64,000 bases of DNA from an uncultured candidate division Zixibacteria bacterium. GTDB lineage: Bacteria > Zixibacteria > MSB-5A5 > GN15 > FEB-12. The translations under genes were made by a program, and so were the position numbers. How positions within the stretch are numbered: the stretch's first letter is position 1; the number at the start of each line of letters is the position of its first letter. This document shows, in pieces, positions 10,292 to 20,100 of the stretch. The notes beneath the pieces were generated by a model. The model saw only the letters and a list, made by a program, of their open reading frames with translations. It did no database searches and had not been told where the DNA came from. The DNA lies in assembly GCA_963664195.1 (NCBI GenBank), contig OY760907.1, positions 1,536,001-1,600,000 on the forward strand, read 5' to 3'.

Positions 10292-11695
10292 ATGTCCGAG
10301 AACACACGATTGGGAATAGCCTTCGCCGCGCCGGTTATAGTGCGTGTCATATTCCACGCTCTCACCGGATTCACCGCCGATGACGCCTTTATTACCTTCC
10401 GGTATGCTGAGAATATCGCCGCCGGATTGGGGTACGTTTACAACGAAGGTCAGGCAGTACAGGGGACCACGACCCCGCTGTTTACGTTGATTCTGGCGCT
10501 CTGCTCTCTGGCTCGGATTTCATTACAGTCGGCTGCACTGTTTGTATCGATTCTGAGTTCCGGTCTCACAGGTGTCGTGCTGCTCAGGTTTGCGACCTCG
10601 CTCCGGTTCACCAGATGGGCTTTGCTTCCGGTTATCTGTTACGCCTTTTGGCCCCGCTCGCTGGCGGCAGATACGGGAGGGATGGAGACCGCTCTATTCA
10701 CGCTTCTGGTAACCTCGGCCCTGTATTTCCAGCACAAACGACTGGACATGTATGCTCTTGGCATGGCGACTCTCGCGACTGTTACCCGTCCCGAGGGAGT
10801 GCTGTTGCTGGGTCTGCTCGGTGTCTGTAATCTGTATCAGCACCGTGAGCGATGGCTTTCTTACCTGACGATTCCGGCTGCGATTTTGGGACCGTGGCTA
10901 CTGTTTGCCTGGTATTACTTTGGTTCGATCCTGCCACATTCCGGTACCGCTAAACTTGCGCTGTATTCTCGATTCGGGACTTCATCGTACTGGGATACTC
11001 TCGTGGGGCTGATAGGTTGGCACAATCCGGCAGGTTGGCTGTTGACCGTGCTAGTGGTAGTTGGTGGACACTGGTTGTTCAAGAAGCAGAACTCGGGACG
11101 ATTAGAGCTGACCTGGCTGGTTGCTATGCTTGCGTTTTATACGTTCTGCGGTACGCGGGTTTTCTTCTGGTATATTGTGCCGATCTTTCCGGTTTATCTC
11201 CTGTTTGCCTCGGCAGTGGCTCCCCGGGCGGCTGACCTGCTCACACTATCGCCTGACCGGGAACGGTTTGCTCGGTCTGCAGTCATATCGTTGGTGGTGC
11301 TAATACTTGCAGCCGACTGCTACCGGCCGGTGACTTACCATACGGACTATCAGCAGGACATGACATCAGTTCACCGTGAGATCGGCGAGTATCTTAGAAT
11401 CCATACCGCACCGAACGCGCTCGTGGCGGCTGAAGATATCGGCTATATCGGTTTCTATTCGCGGCGACAGATATTGGATCGCGACGGTCTTGTGTCTCCG
11501 GAAGCAGTTCCGTATAACCGTAGCGGCGATTACCTGGGAGTTATCACCGATCACAGGCCGGATTGGGTTGTGACGGCGAATGACAGTCCTATAAGCGGGT
11601 TTACAGCTGATAGCGCGTTCGTCGAAGCTTATGAGAAACGTCAGGATTTCGTTTCAGGCATGTTCAAGTACGCAGTTTTTGCCCGCCGGAGGTAA
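10292..11695 (+). CDS. Polytopic membrane glycosyltransferase (GT-C fold)
   Basis: DDAFITFRYAEN, G.TTPLF, GMETAL, TRPEG, DIGYIG..S, D.DGL motifs; many TM helices. Confidence 0.75.
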   Translation: MSENTRLGIAFAAPVIVRVIFHALTGFTADDAFITFRYAENIAAGLGYVYNEGQAVQGTTTPLFTLILALCSLARISLQSAALFVSILSSGLTGVVLLRFATSLRFTRWALLPVICYAFWPRSLAADTGGMETALFTLLVTSALYFQHKRLDMYALGMATLATVTRPEGVLLLGLLGVCNLYQHRERWLSYLTIPAAILGPWLLFAWYYFGSILPHSGTAKLALYSRFGTSSYWDTLVGLIGWHNPAGWLLTVLVVVGGHWLFKKQNSGRLELTWLVAMLAFYTFCGTRVFFWYIVPIFPVYLLFASAVAPRAADLLTLSPDRERFARSAVISLVVLILAADCYRPVTYHTDYQQDMTSVHREIGEYLRIHTAPNALVAAEDIGYIGFYSRRQILDRDGLVSPEAVPYNRSGDYLGVITDHRPDWVVTANDSPISGFTADSAFVEAYEKRQDFVSGMFKYAVFARRR

Positions 11696-11843
11696 CTTCC
11701 GCTGGACAGGACACCCCTGCCAACATACATTGGGCTGTTTCGCAACATGACTGGGGCTATTTTTGTCTGGTTTTTGACAGCTAAGACTATCTCCAAAAGA
11801 ACCGACAATCTGAGTAGACGATAATTACTGTGAGGACATTGAT

Positions 11844-12800
11844 ATGAAGTACCTGGTGACCGGGGGAGCCGGTTTCATCGGCTCAAACATTACTGAAAGG
11901 CTGCTGGCAAAAGGGCATAGCGTCCGCATTCTGGACAATTTTTCGTCCGGACGGCGCGAGAATCTTGCCGCTTTTGCCGATGACATCGAGCTGATAGTCG
12001 GTGACATTCGAGACTACTGGACCGTTGTTAATGCCGTGAAAGGCATTGACTACATTCTGCATCAGGCCGCGCTGCCTTCGGTGCCACGTTCGGTCGAGAA
12101 CCCGCTCACAACGAATGAAAACAATATCAACGGTACGCTTCACCTGCTTGAGGCCGGACGTTATGCCGGTGTCAAGAAGATGGTTATGGCGTCATCGTCG
12201 TCGATCTACGGTGAGTCTGAGGAGCTTCCGAAGCACGAGGGGATGGTCCCGCATCCGCTGTCGCCGTATGCAATCACGAAACTGACTGATGAGTACTACG
12301 CCCGTGTGTACTGGGAGCTGTACAAATTCCCGACCTGTTGCCTGAGGTATTTCAATATCTTTGGTCCCAAGCAAGACCCGAACAGCGAATACGCCGCCGT
12401 TATCCCGAAATTCATCGCCCGATTGAAGGCAGGCCAGGCGCCGACCGTATTTGGCGATGGCGAGCAGTCGCGTGATTTCACGTATATCGACAACGCTGTG
12501 CAGGCCAATCTGTTGGCCGCCGAATGCGAGGATATGGTCGGCCGGGCGTACAACGTTGCGTGCGGCGGACAGTTTACTCTGAACGACTTGCTGGACAAGC
12601 TTCGCGAAATCCTCGGCGTGGATGTGCAGGCCGAATACACGCCGCCGAGAGTCGGTGATATCAAGCATTCGTTTGCGGCTATCGAGGATGCGAAGAAACA
12701 CGGTTATAATCCGACGGTTGATTTCGACGAGGGCCTTCGTCGTACGGTGGCTTTCTTTGAGAATAAGCAGGCGCTGGAGCGGACCGCGGCCGATAAATAG
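11844..12800 (+). CDS. NAD-dependent nucleotide-sugar epimerase/dehydratase (WbpP-like SDR)
   Basis: TGGAGFIG, HQAALPSVPRS, SPYAITK (YxxxK), LRYFNIFGP, GDGEQSRDF. Confidence 0.92.
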   Translation: MKYLVTGGAGFIGSNITERLLAKGHSVRILDNFSSGRRENLAAFADDIELIVGDIRDYWTVVNAVKGIDYILHQAALPSVPRSVENPLTTNENNINGTLHLLEAGRYAGVKKMVMASSSSIYGESEELPKHEGMVPHPLSPYAITKLTDEYYARVYWELYKFPTCCLRYFNIFGPKQDPNSEYAAVIPKFIARLKAGQAPTVFGDGEQSRDFTYIDNAVQANLLAAECEDMVGRAYNVACGGQFTLNDLLDKLREILGVDVQAEYTPPRVGDIKHSFAAIEDAKKHGYNPTVDFDEGLRRTVAFFENKQALERTAADK

Positions 12801-12828
12801 ACTACGGATTTTCAGATTGCCGATAGAG

Positions 12829-12858
12829 AAACGACCCCGTTTTCGCGGGGTCGTTTTG
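12829..12858. terminator. Bidirectional intrinsic terminator
   Basis: Stem AAACGACCCCG/CGGGGTCGTTT between convergent genes. Confidence 0.75.
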
Positions 12859-12864
12859 CTTTAG

Positions 12865-13377
12865 CTAGATCGAGAATCGCCAGCCGCAGAAATGCTTGTC
12901 GCCGGCCTCCGGATCGGGCGGACAGCAAATCACTTCCGTTTTGATCCGCTCGTCGATTGTCGTGGCGAATCCGGTGTATTCCACGATGCCCACAGATTTG
13001 CATGGGAACAACGGCATGTTTTTGCGTTTGCGCGCCGACTGCACCCGGCAGTCAACCATATAGAACTCGAAAGAGTTCTCCGTTTCGTTGCGGATTTCCT
13101 GTACGTTCAACACCGCGTACAGGCGGAATGCGAGCGCTTTTTTGAGGCCTTCGAGTCCGGAGTTAGGCTCGATACCGTGAAGCGCCATGATGCGTTTGGC
13201 CTCGATGACGGTGAACCGTTCCCAGGCCTCGGTGTCGTATTTGATGGCTTCGGCCATGTCGCGGCCTTTTTCGACTGCCTGGAACCAGAGACCGTCGTGG
13301 GCAAGCCAGTTCTTGGCGAAATCCTGAAGCATTCCGAGCAGTTTCTCGCGGTCCAGTTGTTCTATTTGTTTGTTCAT
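12865..13377 (-). CDS. DUF6125-like protein with conserved Cys residues
   Basis: WLAHDGLWF, DCRVQ.AR.RK, PCK.VG, CPPD, C.W.F pattern recalled for this family. Confidence 0.65.
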   Translation of the reverse strand: MNKQIEQLDREKLLGMLQDFAKNWLAHDGLWFQAVEKGRDMAEAIKYDTEAWERFTVIEAKRIMALHGIEPNSGLEGLKKALAFRLYAVLNVQEIRNETENSFEFYMVDCRVQSARKRKNMPLFPCKSVGIVEYTGFATTIDERIKTEVICCPPDPEAGDKHFCGWRFSI

Positions 13378-13594
13378 ATTCAGCCTTTCTCTTGTGTCAG
13401 CGTTATAGCTGTTAACATAGTGCCTGCGGCACCTTTACAAAAGTATTGTGTTGGTATATCTTGATTGAAGGAGTTTGAATCACGTGGGGGAGTAATCTGT
13501 TATCGGAGTGAGTCCGGGGCGTTACTACGTCGGGTCAAGGGTTTCGGCTTTGGACAAAACCGGGCATGCCACGTCTTTAGCTCTGGAGAATCGA

Positions 13595-16501
13595 ATGAGA
13601 AGTATGAAGTTTCTATCCATAGTCTTTTGCGTAATTCTGCTAACCGGCTCAGCGGTTTTTGCCGGTCAGTTGGATGCAGACCTTCAGCAAACCCTGCGAT
13701 CAAAACAAGCCGATGACCTGATTCGTGTCTGGATTGCGGTCGACGATGGTCACGATGCCTACGCCTTCAAGAACACAATCGCGGCTACCTCAGCATCCCG
13801 TGCGGAACGCCATCGGATAGCAATCACGGAGCTGAAAGCCAACGCTCAGGCACAATCGGGTCTTCTCGCAGAATTGGAAACGTTGCGCAAATCCGGCAAG
13901 GTGACACGGTTCAAAGGCCACTGGATTGCCGGTATCGTCGAAGTTGAGATAGCAGCCGGGGAACTTGAGCGGTTGGCCGCGCGTCCGGATATCGATATCG
14001 TCTATCATAAGCCCGAAATAGCACTCATTCCGCCGATAGCAGTATCGCGATTGACACCGCCGTCGACAGACGCTCTCGCGGTCGGATCTGATCTGACACA
14101 CATCAATGCCCCGACAGCGTGGGCGATGGGGTACACCGGAGCCGGACGAGTGGTCTGTTCGTTTGATACGGGTGTGCATGGTGTGCATCCTGCTCTTTTC
14201 AGCAGTTGGAAGGGTCACGACGGTGATTCCGCCGCGGCCTGGTGGGATCAGCAGGATGACAACCCGTTTCCGCACTATTTTTCTGCGGCCAGTCAGCCTG
14301 CACACGGTACGCACACAATGGGTACCATGGTTGGCCATGACGGGGCTGATACCGTGGGCGTGGCTCCGGGAGCCAAATGGATTTCCGCCGCGGTGATCGG
14401 ACTTGACAATACCTCGATTCTCGATGCCTTCGAATGGGCCGCGGATCCCGACGGCAACCCGAACACCCTTGGTGATGTTCCCGACGTTATCAATCACAGT
14501 TGGTACTTTGTTAGTTTTCCCTCCTGTCTGAATGCGGTCTATTCGGCTATCGAGAACACAGAAGCGCTTGGGATAGTGAATATCATTTCAGCGGGCAACA
14601 GCGGTTCGGGTGCAAGTACCATAGCCAATCCGGCTGACCGGGCTCTGGATAATCTGGATTGTTTTGCCGTAGGTAATCTCAACCACGCCACCGACACGAT
14701 CTATCAGAGCTCCTCGCGGGGGCCTTCGCCGTGTAACGCCTCAGCGTATAAACCGAACGTTGTAGCCCCGGGTGTCAACATCCGCTCCACCTGGACCGAT
14801 GGCGGCTACTCTCCTCTGACCGGCACTTCGATGGCGGCGCCGCATGTCTCGGGATTGGTCGCGCTGATGCGGCAGAAGAATCCGAATGCAACGGCGGATG
14901 AAATCAAGTCGGCCATCTTGAACAACACGCAGAGCGTCGGCCCGTCGGCCCTTCCCAACAACGACTACGGCTGGGGCGAGATTGATTGTGTGGCGGCGCT
15001 GAACGCGATCTCACCGGAAAGCACCCCGGCAGTTCGTCTGTATGATTTCATCCACGATCCTATTAACCCGGGTGACACAGTCAGCGGCTCGCTCGTATTG
15101 ACCAATCTTGGCGCGACGGTACAGTCCGTTTCGGTGTCAATCACCGGCAGCAACGAGGCGCTGACCGTCCTCGACGGCTCAGCCGCATTCGGCACGATAG
15201 CGGCCGGCGCCACTGTCACGGCAAGTGATCCTGTGCAGGTAGTGGTTGCGGACACGGTGACCGAGGGTTCTACGCTTCCGATCCAGATGACGATTGCGGG
15301 AACGTCCTATTCGTCGACAACCACGTTGTATTTTAGTGTCGAGCCGGATTTGGAGCGGGATATCGCAACGCACAACGTTGGCCGGATCGAGTTTTCGGTG
15401 AGCAACTACGGCGTGTACGGTCTGGGTCCGATTTCGACCTTTGAGTTTGGAGGAGTCGGGTTTACTTTTGACGGCGGCTCTAATGATCTCTGGGAGGGGG
15501 GCGTGATGGTGACCACGGGACCGACCCGTGTTTCCAGCGGCGTGCACAGTACGCTGTCTGATCCTGACCGTGATTTTGTCGTAGCGCCCGGCGGCAATTT
15601 GGAGTTCATGAATCCCGGTTCGGCCTCGACGCAGCAGACCGTGTGCAAATACGAAGACAGCAATGCTAACAACCCAATCGGTCTGGAAGTCACGCAGGAG
15701 TCGTTCGCTCAGGCCTCGCCCAACGATGATTTCATCGTGCTCAATTACGTATTGAACAATATCAGCGGTGGCACGTTGACTGACGTCTATTTTGGACTCT
15801 TTTTCGACTGGGACATTACCCAATACAACAGCAATGCCGGCGGTTATGAGGCTGGTGAGTGGTTCGCCTGGATGGCTTACAACAGTGGGGGAACCCTCTC
15901 CAGGTATCGTGGTGTGCGCCTCATAAAGGGAACGCTGGCATCGGCCGGTGCAGACCTCGGCTCGAATTACACGGCGGGAGTTGGCGACGGTTTTGCGGTG
16001 TACGAGAAGTACGCGATGCTGACCAGCGGCATGACCAATGCTGATACATACAAGACCTCCAGCGAAGAATTGGTGCAGTATATGGCGGCCGGTCCGATCA
16101 CGCTGGCGGCAGGGGAGCAGGATACCGTGGCGTTTGCTATTCTGGCCGGTGACAGCTTCGCCGACATACAGTCGGCGGCAGCCAGGGCTAACTCAGTGCC
16201 ATCGCATGCGGATGATCCGGAACCGCCAGGCGAACTGCCGGAAGATTTCACGCTCTACCAGAACTACCCGAATCCGTTTAATCCGAAGACCGTAATACCG
16301 TTTGATCTGCCCCGGCGTGGGGAATTTGAACTGACGGTTTATAATGCGCTCGGTCAGAAGGTTCACAACGAAAAGGGGACCGGCGGTCCCGGGCGCAAGA
16401 CGGTCATTTGGAACGCGAGCCGTTTTGCGTCGGGCGTCTATTTCTATCGGGTGACCTCGGATGCGGGGGAAAGCACGCGTAAAATGTTGCTGTTGAGGTA
16501 G
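13595..16501 (+). CDS. Secreted S8 (subtilisin/bacillopeptidase F-like) serine peptidase with a C-terminal T9SS-A/FlgD-like sorting tail
   Basis: FDTGV, HGTHTMGT and GTSMAAPHV catalytic triad; signal peptide; C-terminal QNYPNPFNP...VYNALGQKV...ASGVYFYR...RKMLLLR; GGAGAA RBS before ATG 13595. Confidence 0.92.
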   Translation: MRSMKFLSIVFCVILLTGSAVFAGQLDADLQQTLRSKQADDLIRVWIAVDDGHDAYAFKNTIAATSASRAERHRIAITELKANAQAQSGLLAELETLRKSGKVTRFKGHWIAGIVEVEIAAGELERLAARPDIDIVYHKPEIALIPPIAVSRLTPPSTDALAVGSDLTHINAPTAWAMGYTGAGRVVCSFDTGVHGVHPALFSSWKGHDGDSAAAWWDQQDDNPFPHYFSAASQPAHGTHTMGTMVGHDGADTVGVAPGAKWISAAVIGLDNTSILDAFEWAADPDGNPNTLGDVPDVINHSWYFVSFPSCLNAVYSAIENTEALGIVNIISAGNSGSGASTIANPADRALDNLDCFAVGNLNHATDTIYQSSSRGPSPCNASAYKPNVVAPGVNIRSTWTDGGYSPLTGTSMAAPHVSGLVALMRQKNPNATADEIKSAILNNTQSVGPSALPNNDYGWGEIDCVAALNAISPESTPAVRLYDFIHDPINPGDTVSGSLVLTNLGATVQSVSVSITGSNEALTVLDGSAAFGTIAAGATVTASDPVQVVVADTVTEGSTLPIQMTIAGTSYSSTTTLYFSVEPDLERDIATHNVGRIEFSVSNYGVYGLGPISTFEFGGVGFTFDGGSNDLWEGGVMVTTGPTRVSSGVHSTLSDPDRDFVVAPGGNLEFMNPGSASTQQTVCKYEDSNANNPIGLEVTQESFAQASPNDDFIVLNYVLNNISGGTLTDVYFGLFFDWDITQYNSNAGGYEAGEWFAWMAYNSGGTLSRYRGVRLIKGTLASAGADLGSNYTAGVGDGFAVYEKYAMLTSGMTNADTYKTSSEELVQYMAAGPITLAAGEQDTVAFAILAGDSFADIQSAAARANSVPSHADDPEPPGELPEDFTLYQNYPNPFNPKTVIPFDLPRRGEFELTVYNALGQKVHNEKGTGGPGRKTVIWNASRFASGVYFYRVTSDAGESTRKMLLLR

Positions 16502-16546
16502 GCCACCATCGGTCCCCTTTGTTTCAACCTGGAAGCTCGGTTCTCG

Positions 16547-16667
16547 TAGGGTGGAACCCTTCAGCGGTTCAGTCGGAAGGCCGAGTCCGCCGACAGCGGA
16601 CGATGGCAGAACCACTCGGATAATTCGGCTTAGCACGGATACTCGTTCAATCGGGTTCTGCCCTACG
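16547..16667. repeat. Degenerate inverted GTAG-REP doublet (GTAGGGTGGAACCC ... GGGTTCTGCCCTAC)
   Basis: Inverted ends between convergent genes; related pieces at about 8591-8652. Confidence 0.5.
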
Positions 16668-16708
16668 AAGGCTGGACGGGGCGCCGAAAACTTCGCAATC
16701 GGGGCGAG

Positions 16709-17806
16709 TCACTCCAGAAACGAGATCACCCGGTACGGAAACATACTGCGGAGAAGCACGGCCTCGTATTTCGTTTTGCAAAAGACGACAATTGCTTCCA
16801 CCGGGAATTGCGCCAGGTTCAGATTTCCCGGACAACGAAACTCCTGCTCCGCACGCCAATCTGTCTTTGTGCCGACCGACTGTCTGAGCCAGATCGGTGA
16901 ATCGGTCGAGTTTTCAGATTGTTCGACATAGTCAACCGGGAGAATTCCAGCCGCCTGCGCATACGTTTTATGGATGCCTATTCCGTACGGTTCAAACGAC
17001 ATCTCACCGTATCGCGCCCGCCAGCGCATGAGCGGTATTGCCTCGGTCGGCGTCAGAGAGGAAAAAGAGACCGTCTTCGTTTTGTGCGGCATATGTCTTG
17101 CAGATGCTTCCAAGACACGGCTCGTCAGGATGTTTGACAGCGTGTCGAATCCGGTGTGTGGCCAGGTTTCAGATTCGAGAATCGTACGGTAGAAATCGAT
17201 TGATCTCTCCGACGGCCAGGGGCCGTTGGCGGCTCGGGTCCAATGGGTGACATATCTGTCGGCAACCTGCTCAAGCTCCGGATTGACAGGCTTGTTGTCG
17301 AAAGACGTTTTCAGGGGTTCGTTTCTCTCCGAGTACTCGATGCGGAAGTCGCTTACGACTCTCTTGGCTGCCTGTTCAATAGTCGTCAGAACCCTATCCA
17401 TTGTGCCGCCGCCGCGCAGAGATACGGGAATCAAAATATCTGCATTCTGCACGACTGCCTCGTCGCGTGCCGCCATGAATGCCTTTTTTCTTCCGGCGGA
17501 AGCTGGAACGTGAACGGGAATGAACTCGACCAGGTGGGGATCAAGATCGAAGTCGTGAACGGTGATCTCGCATTGCGCCCGGAAATCAGCAGGTGATATC
17601 CCGGGCAGGTAAACCCTCAGCGGTAGTCTGTGTATCGAGGCGAGCGCGGTAGGCAACTCCCAGGTTTGCATGCCGATCGAGCTGATCAGGCCACAGTCTT
17701 CTGTTTTCAACCATTCTACTGCGGCTGCGGTCCGGCGCACCCAGGCTGTTTGGCTCGATGGGCGACGCGGTTGTCGGGATAGCATAATGACGGCAAACGA
17801 GGACAA
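16709..17806 (-). CDS. Hypothetical protein: putative SLOG/DprA-like N-terminal domain plus AbiGi-like (ADP-ribosyltransferase-fold) C-terminal domain
   Basis: 365-aa ORF filling the gap. N-half: LISSIG, FMAARDEAVVQNADILIPVSLRGGGT. C-half: THWTR, TLSNIL, VSFSS, YGIGI, PVDY, WRAEQEFR. Confidence 0.6.
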   Translation of the reverse strand: MSSFAVIMLSRQPRRPSSQTAWVRRTAAAVEWLKTEDCGLISSIGMQTWELPTALASIHRLPLRVYLPGISPADFRAQCEITVHDFDLDPHLVEFIPVHVPASAGRKKAFMAARDEAVVQNADILIPVSLRGGGTMDRVLTTIEQAAKRVVSDFRIEYSERNEPLKTSFDNKPVNPELEQVADRYVTHWTRAANGPWPSERSIDFYRTILESETWPHTGFDTLSNILTSRVLEASARHMPHKTKTVSFSSLTPTEAIPLMRWRARYGEMSFEPYGIGIHKTYAQAAGILPVDYVEQSENSTDSPIWLRQSVGTKTDWRAEQEFRCPGNLNLAQFPVEAIVVFCKTKYEAVLLRSMFPYRVISFLE

Positions 17807-17863
17807 GGATTCCCCCCCTCTTCAACAGTCAATGTTCTAACTGCTGCCAAGATATGTCAGTCG

Positions 17864-18772
17864 CTACTGTGCGGCAAGCGTAGAATTCGAGTCAGGTGCT
17901 CCACTCTCTGGCGGTTTGTCGTCCAATGTCGCACGGTTGCGGAAGGTTCTCACGGCCATCGCTGCGGCAAACAAGACTCCACCCACCACCGTCATGAAAC
18001 CGGCGATGGAAGCATCGAAAACCGAGGCACCGTAAAAACCGCCCACTGCGCAGGCTGCGCCAATGGCGACGGACAAACCCAGCATGACGATCAGGCGCGA
18101 GGTTAGCAAGTACGCGGTCGCCCCGGGGATAATCAACATGGCCACGACAAGAATCGCGCCCACGGATTCAAAAGCAGATACAACCGTCAGCGATACCATC
18201 GTCATCAAGGCATAGTGCCAGAATCGTTCGTTGATGCCGACCGAACTTGCCATTTGTGGATCGAATGAGCAGATTGTGAGCTGTCTTTTAAACAGGGTGA
18301 CGAACAGGAGATTAGCAAGGAAGATTCCGCCGAGAATCCAGAGCGGGCGAGGTCCGAAGCTGACTCCGTCGATGACCAGCAGGTTCCACGGTGTGTAAGC
18401 GATCTCGCCGTAGAGCACGCAGTCTTGATCGAGATCAACGGTATCTGCAAAAACAGCAACGAGAATCACACCGGCCGCGAACAGAAACGTGAAGACAACC
18501 CCCAGGGCGGCGTCGCGGTACAATCTGTTAGTACGGCTGAGCGTCTCGGTCAGGTACGCCGTGACAATTCCCATGACTGCCGCGCCGATAAACATCGGCA
18601 CCACATTTCTGCTGGCAGTGACGAGGAAGGCCAATACGATGCCGGGTAGGACAGCATGAGAGATAGCGTCGCCGAGCATGGAGTTTTGCCTCAATACGAG
18701 AAACGAACCTATCAGGGCGCACGAAGCTGCGGCAAAAACGCCGGTCAGAATTACCATCAGATCAGGGCTCAT
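17864..18772 (-). CDS. Mn/Fe/Zn ABC transporter permease (TroD/MntD-like)
   Basis: GDAISHAVLPGI, HVDLD-like TVDLDQDCVLYGE, FESVGAILVVAM. Confidence 0.92.
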   Translation of the reverse strand: MSPDLMVILTGVFAAASCALIGSFLVLRQNSMLGDAISHAVLPGIVLAFLVTASRNVVPMFIGAAVMGIVTAYLTETLSRTNRLYRDAALGVVFTFLFAAGVILVAVFADTVDLDQDCVLYGEIAYTPWNLLVIDGVSFGPRPLWILGGIFLANLLFVTLFKRQLTICSFDPQMASSVGINERFWHYALMTMVSLTVVSAFESVGAILVVAMLIIPGATAYLLTSRLIVMLGLSVAIGAACAVGGFYGASVFDASIAGFMTVVGGVLFAAAMAVRTFRNRATLDDKPPESGAPDSNSTLAAQ

Positions 18773-20085
18773 TTGGTAGCCTCCCCCTGTATATAAGGAA
18801 TCTCCTGGTTGTGTGGATCGAACTGCGGACGGCCCAGGAGTTTCTCGAGTTTGTCCTCGAGCTCCGGTGTCAGTACGTGTTCCATGTCGTGAGCGTCGCG
18901 GTGAACATGATCCGGGGGAAGATTGACGACCTGTGTGAGGTAAACTTCCCAGAGGCGGTGGAGACGAACGATTCGTGCGCCTTCAATTACTCCGTTATCT
19001 GTCAGGTGAAAACCGCCATCGGCGGACATGACAAACCCCTGGCGGCGCAGCGCGGAGAGAGCACTTTTGAGTTCGCGTCTAGCAAAAGACCACATAGTAG
19101 TGATTTGATCAAGACCGAGCGGGTCGGCCCATCTTTTGTCATTGGCTCCGGAGTTGTAGAGCACTTTGAGAACGTGTTCGCGTGTTATTTTATTGCGCTG
19201 GTCGACATGGCTGAGCCATCGACTGACCACGCCTCGTCCGGGTGCGAAAAGAAGTGACAGGCCGAAGATAACGGAGATGACGATCACAATCCACGGTCCG
19301 GTCGGCAGCTTGGGTGCCAGGAAAGAGACATAGGCGCCCATCAGTCCCGCAAGCATACCAAAGGCCGCAGCCAATACGGTCATGAGGCCAAGCCTGTCGG
19401 TCCATTGGCGTGCAGCTGCCGCCGGGGTCATGAGCATTGCCGCCATTAGCACAACACCGACCGCCTGGAGACCGACTACCACTGCCAGTACAAGCATAGT
19501 TGTCAGCACGAATTGCAGCCAGCTGACATTGACCCCGATTGCGCGTGCGAATCCGGGGTCAAACGAAAGTAGCTTGAAACGGCTGAAGCCGATCACTACC
19601 ACCGTCAGCATCACTACCGTCACCCAGAACAGGAGTTTGACATCATCGCCGGAGATCGCGGCTGCCTGGCCAAAGAGGAACTTGTCCAATCCCGACTGTG
19701 AGCCCGCTCCTGATTTTTGGATGTGTGTGAGGATGACAATGCCGAGTCCGAAGAGCACAGACAAAACGATCCCCAGCGCGGAGTCCAGTTTGATTTTGGT
19801 TTTGCGCACCACCAGGTTCACTGCCAGTGCACCCAGCCACGCGGTTATGGCTGCGCCGATCAGCAGCGACGGAAGGTGCTTATATCCGACAACAAGAAAC
19901 GCTATGCCAACTCCGGGCAGCGCTGAGTGAGCCAGGGCGTCGCCGAGCAACGATTTCTTCTGCAGGTAGGCAAACGTACTCAGACAACCGGCCACGCAGC
20001 CGAGGAGAATCGAACCGGCGACCACGTTTTGTACATTGGCGTCGGAGAGCGAGAAAAAACGAATTGTCAGGTCCCAGAAATCCAT
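18769..20085 (-). CDS. Metal ABC transporter permease fused to a C-terminal DtxR-family domain (TroC/YtgCR-like)
   Basis: GDALAHSALPG, FLFGQAA, PAAAARQW; C-terminal LTDNG..EG..IVRLHRLWE.YL, HRDAHDMEH, DPH..EIP. Confidence 0.9.
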   Translation of the reverse strand: MDFWDLTIRFFSLSDANVQNVVAGSILLGCVAGCLSTFAYLQKKSLLGDALAHSALPGVGIAFLVVGYKHLPSLLIGAAITAWLGALAVNLVVRKTKIKLDSALGIVLSVLFGLGIVILTHIQKSGAGSQSGLDKFLFGQAAAISGDDVKLLFWVTVVMLTVVVIGFSRFKLLSFDPGFARAIGVNVSWLQFVLTTMLVLAVVVGLQAVGVVLMAAMLMTPAAAARQWTDRLGLMTVLAAAFGMLAGLMGAYVSFLAPKLPTGPWIVIVISVIFGLSLLFAPGRGVVSRWLSHVDQRNKITREHVLKVLYNSGANDKRWADPLGLDQITTMWSFARRELKSALSALRRQGFVMSADGGFHLTDNGVIEGARIVRLHRLWEVYLTQVVNLPPDHVHRDAHDMEHVLTPELEDKLEKLLGRPQFDPHNQEIPYIQGEATK

Positions 20086-20100
20086 GTTGTGCTCCTGACC

